Notes under the pieces: model-generated | Told to the model about the DNA's origin: nothing | Database searches by the model: none | What the model saw: the letters and a program-made list of their open reading frames with translations, nothing else | Sequence record: MF360958.1 | Direction: 5' to 3' (one strand) | Length of the DNA: 64,000 nucleotides | In this document: positions 63,691 through 64,000 of the stretch, piece by piece | Layout: the number at the start of each line of letters is the position of its first letter | Position numbering within the stretch: the first letter of the stretch is position 1 | Translations under genes and position numbers: made by a program

Positions 63691-64000
63691 TAATAAAACC
63701 TGAATTCTAATGCATGATTGTTTTGATTGTATTCCATTTCAACACCATTATTGGTGTTTTCATGTTCTACTTGTAATTTTCCTTTTGTTCTTAATGTTCC
63801 AGCTGTAGCGTCAATAATATCATTTTTAACTAATAACTTTTCATTATTATTATGTTTTACAACTAAATAGTCATTATTATCAGAAGACGTGTTAAGTACA
63901 AGTCTAGTATCTTTATTATTAGAATATTCTTCTACGTATATTCTATGAGAATCATTCAATCCTTGCCATGAAATACCATAAGAATCTGTATTCTTATTAA
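63690..64000 (-). CDS. C-terminal end of a probable proximal tail-fibre (gp34-like) gene entering from outside the window
   Basis: Frame is open to base 64000 (…NKNTDSYGISWQGLNDSH…); ends MEYNQNNHALEFRFY. Confidence 0.55.
   Translation of the reverse strand, partial: NKNTDSYGISWQGLNDSHRIYVEEYSNNKDTRLVLNTSSDNNDYLVVKHNNNEKLLVKNDIIDATAGTLRTKGKLQVEHENTNNGVEMEYNQNNHALEFRFY

Noticed and set aside
1-64000. A DGR template repeat or reverse transcriptase in the window
   Set aside because: By eye I found no second copy of the GGCTGGCGTCCC / CGTGTT..CCGTGG segment on either strand and no ORF with RT motifs. A computational search should confirm this.
1-64000. Stop-codon reassignment (alternative genetic code)
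   Set aside because: Conserved genes are full-length under code 11 and end in TAA, TAG or TGA. The only interrupted frame found is the endonuclease at 50285-50803.

Overview
An AT-rich (roughly 30% GC by eye), gene-dense segment of a jumbo myophage genome with a T4-like (gp20/21/22/23) head module. It is not a bacterial chromosome. Sigma70-type promoters precede the metabolic genes, NATAAATA (T4 late-type) boxes precede the structural genes, and many proteins are strongly acidic, which suggests a halophilic bacterial host (inference; similar in style to the SCTP-2/GAP32-like jumbo phages). Contents: intein-interrupted PhoH (starts before the window), ThyA, HD-kinase, two SF2 helicases, a baseplate-hub/tail-chaperone gene pair, a tape-measure-like gene, portal, protease, scaffold, major capsid, two repeat-rich tail-fibre genes, an HNH-RNA ligase fusion, a NadM-Nudix + NAMPT NAD salvage pair, putative injected head proteins (zincin, ART-like, two amidoligases), a deaminase, a paralog array, ClpP, PAAR, a class-3 lipase and gp35/gp34-like fibre genes. 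No tRNA, rRNA, CRISPR array or reverse transcriptase was found. Best leads: (1) a C-type-lectin-like gene whose 3' end has the codon signature and downstream hairpin of a diversity-generating-retroelement target, with no TR or RT in the window; (2) a T TTT TTC slippery site plus hairpin that would fuse the gp26-like gene to the next ORF by -1 frameshifting; (3) an NAD salvage operon whose Nudix domain has lost its catalytic residues and whose two genes share a 39-nt leader; (4) a pseudoknot-rich intergenic element behind the capsid gene. All protein calls come from motif recognition, not database searches.
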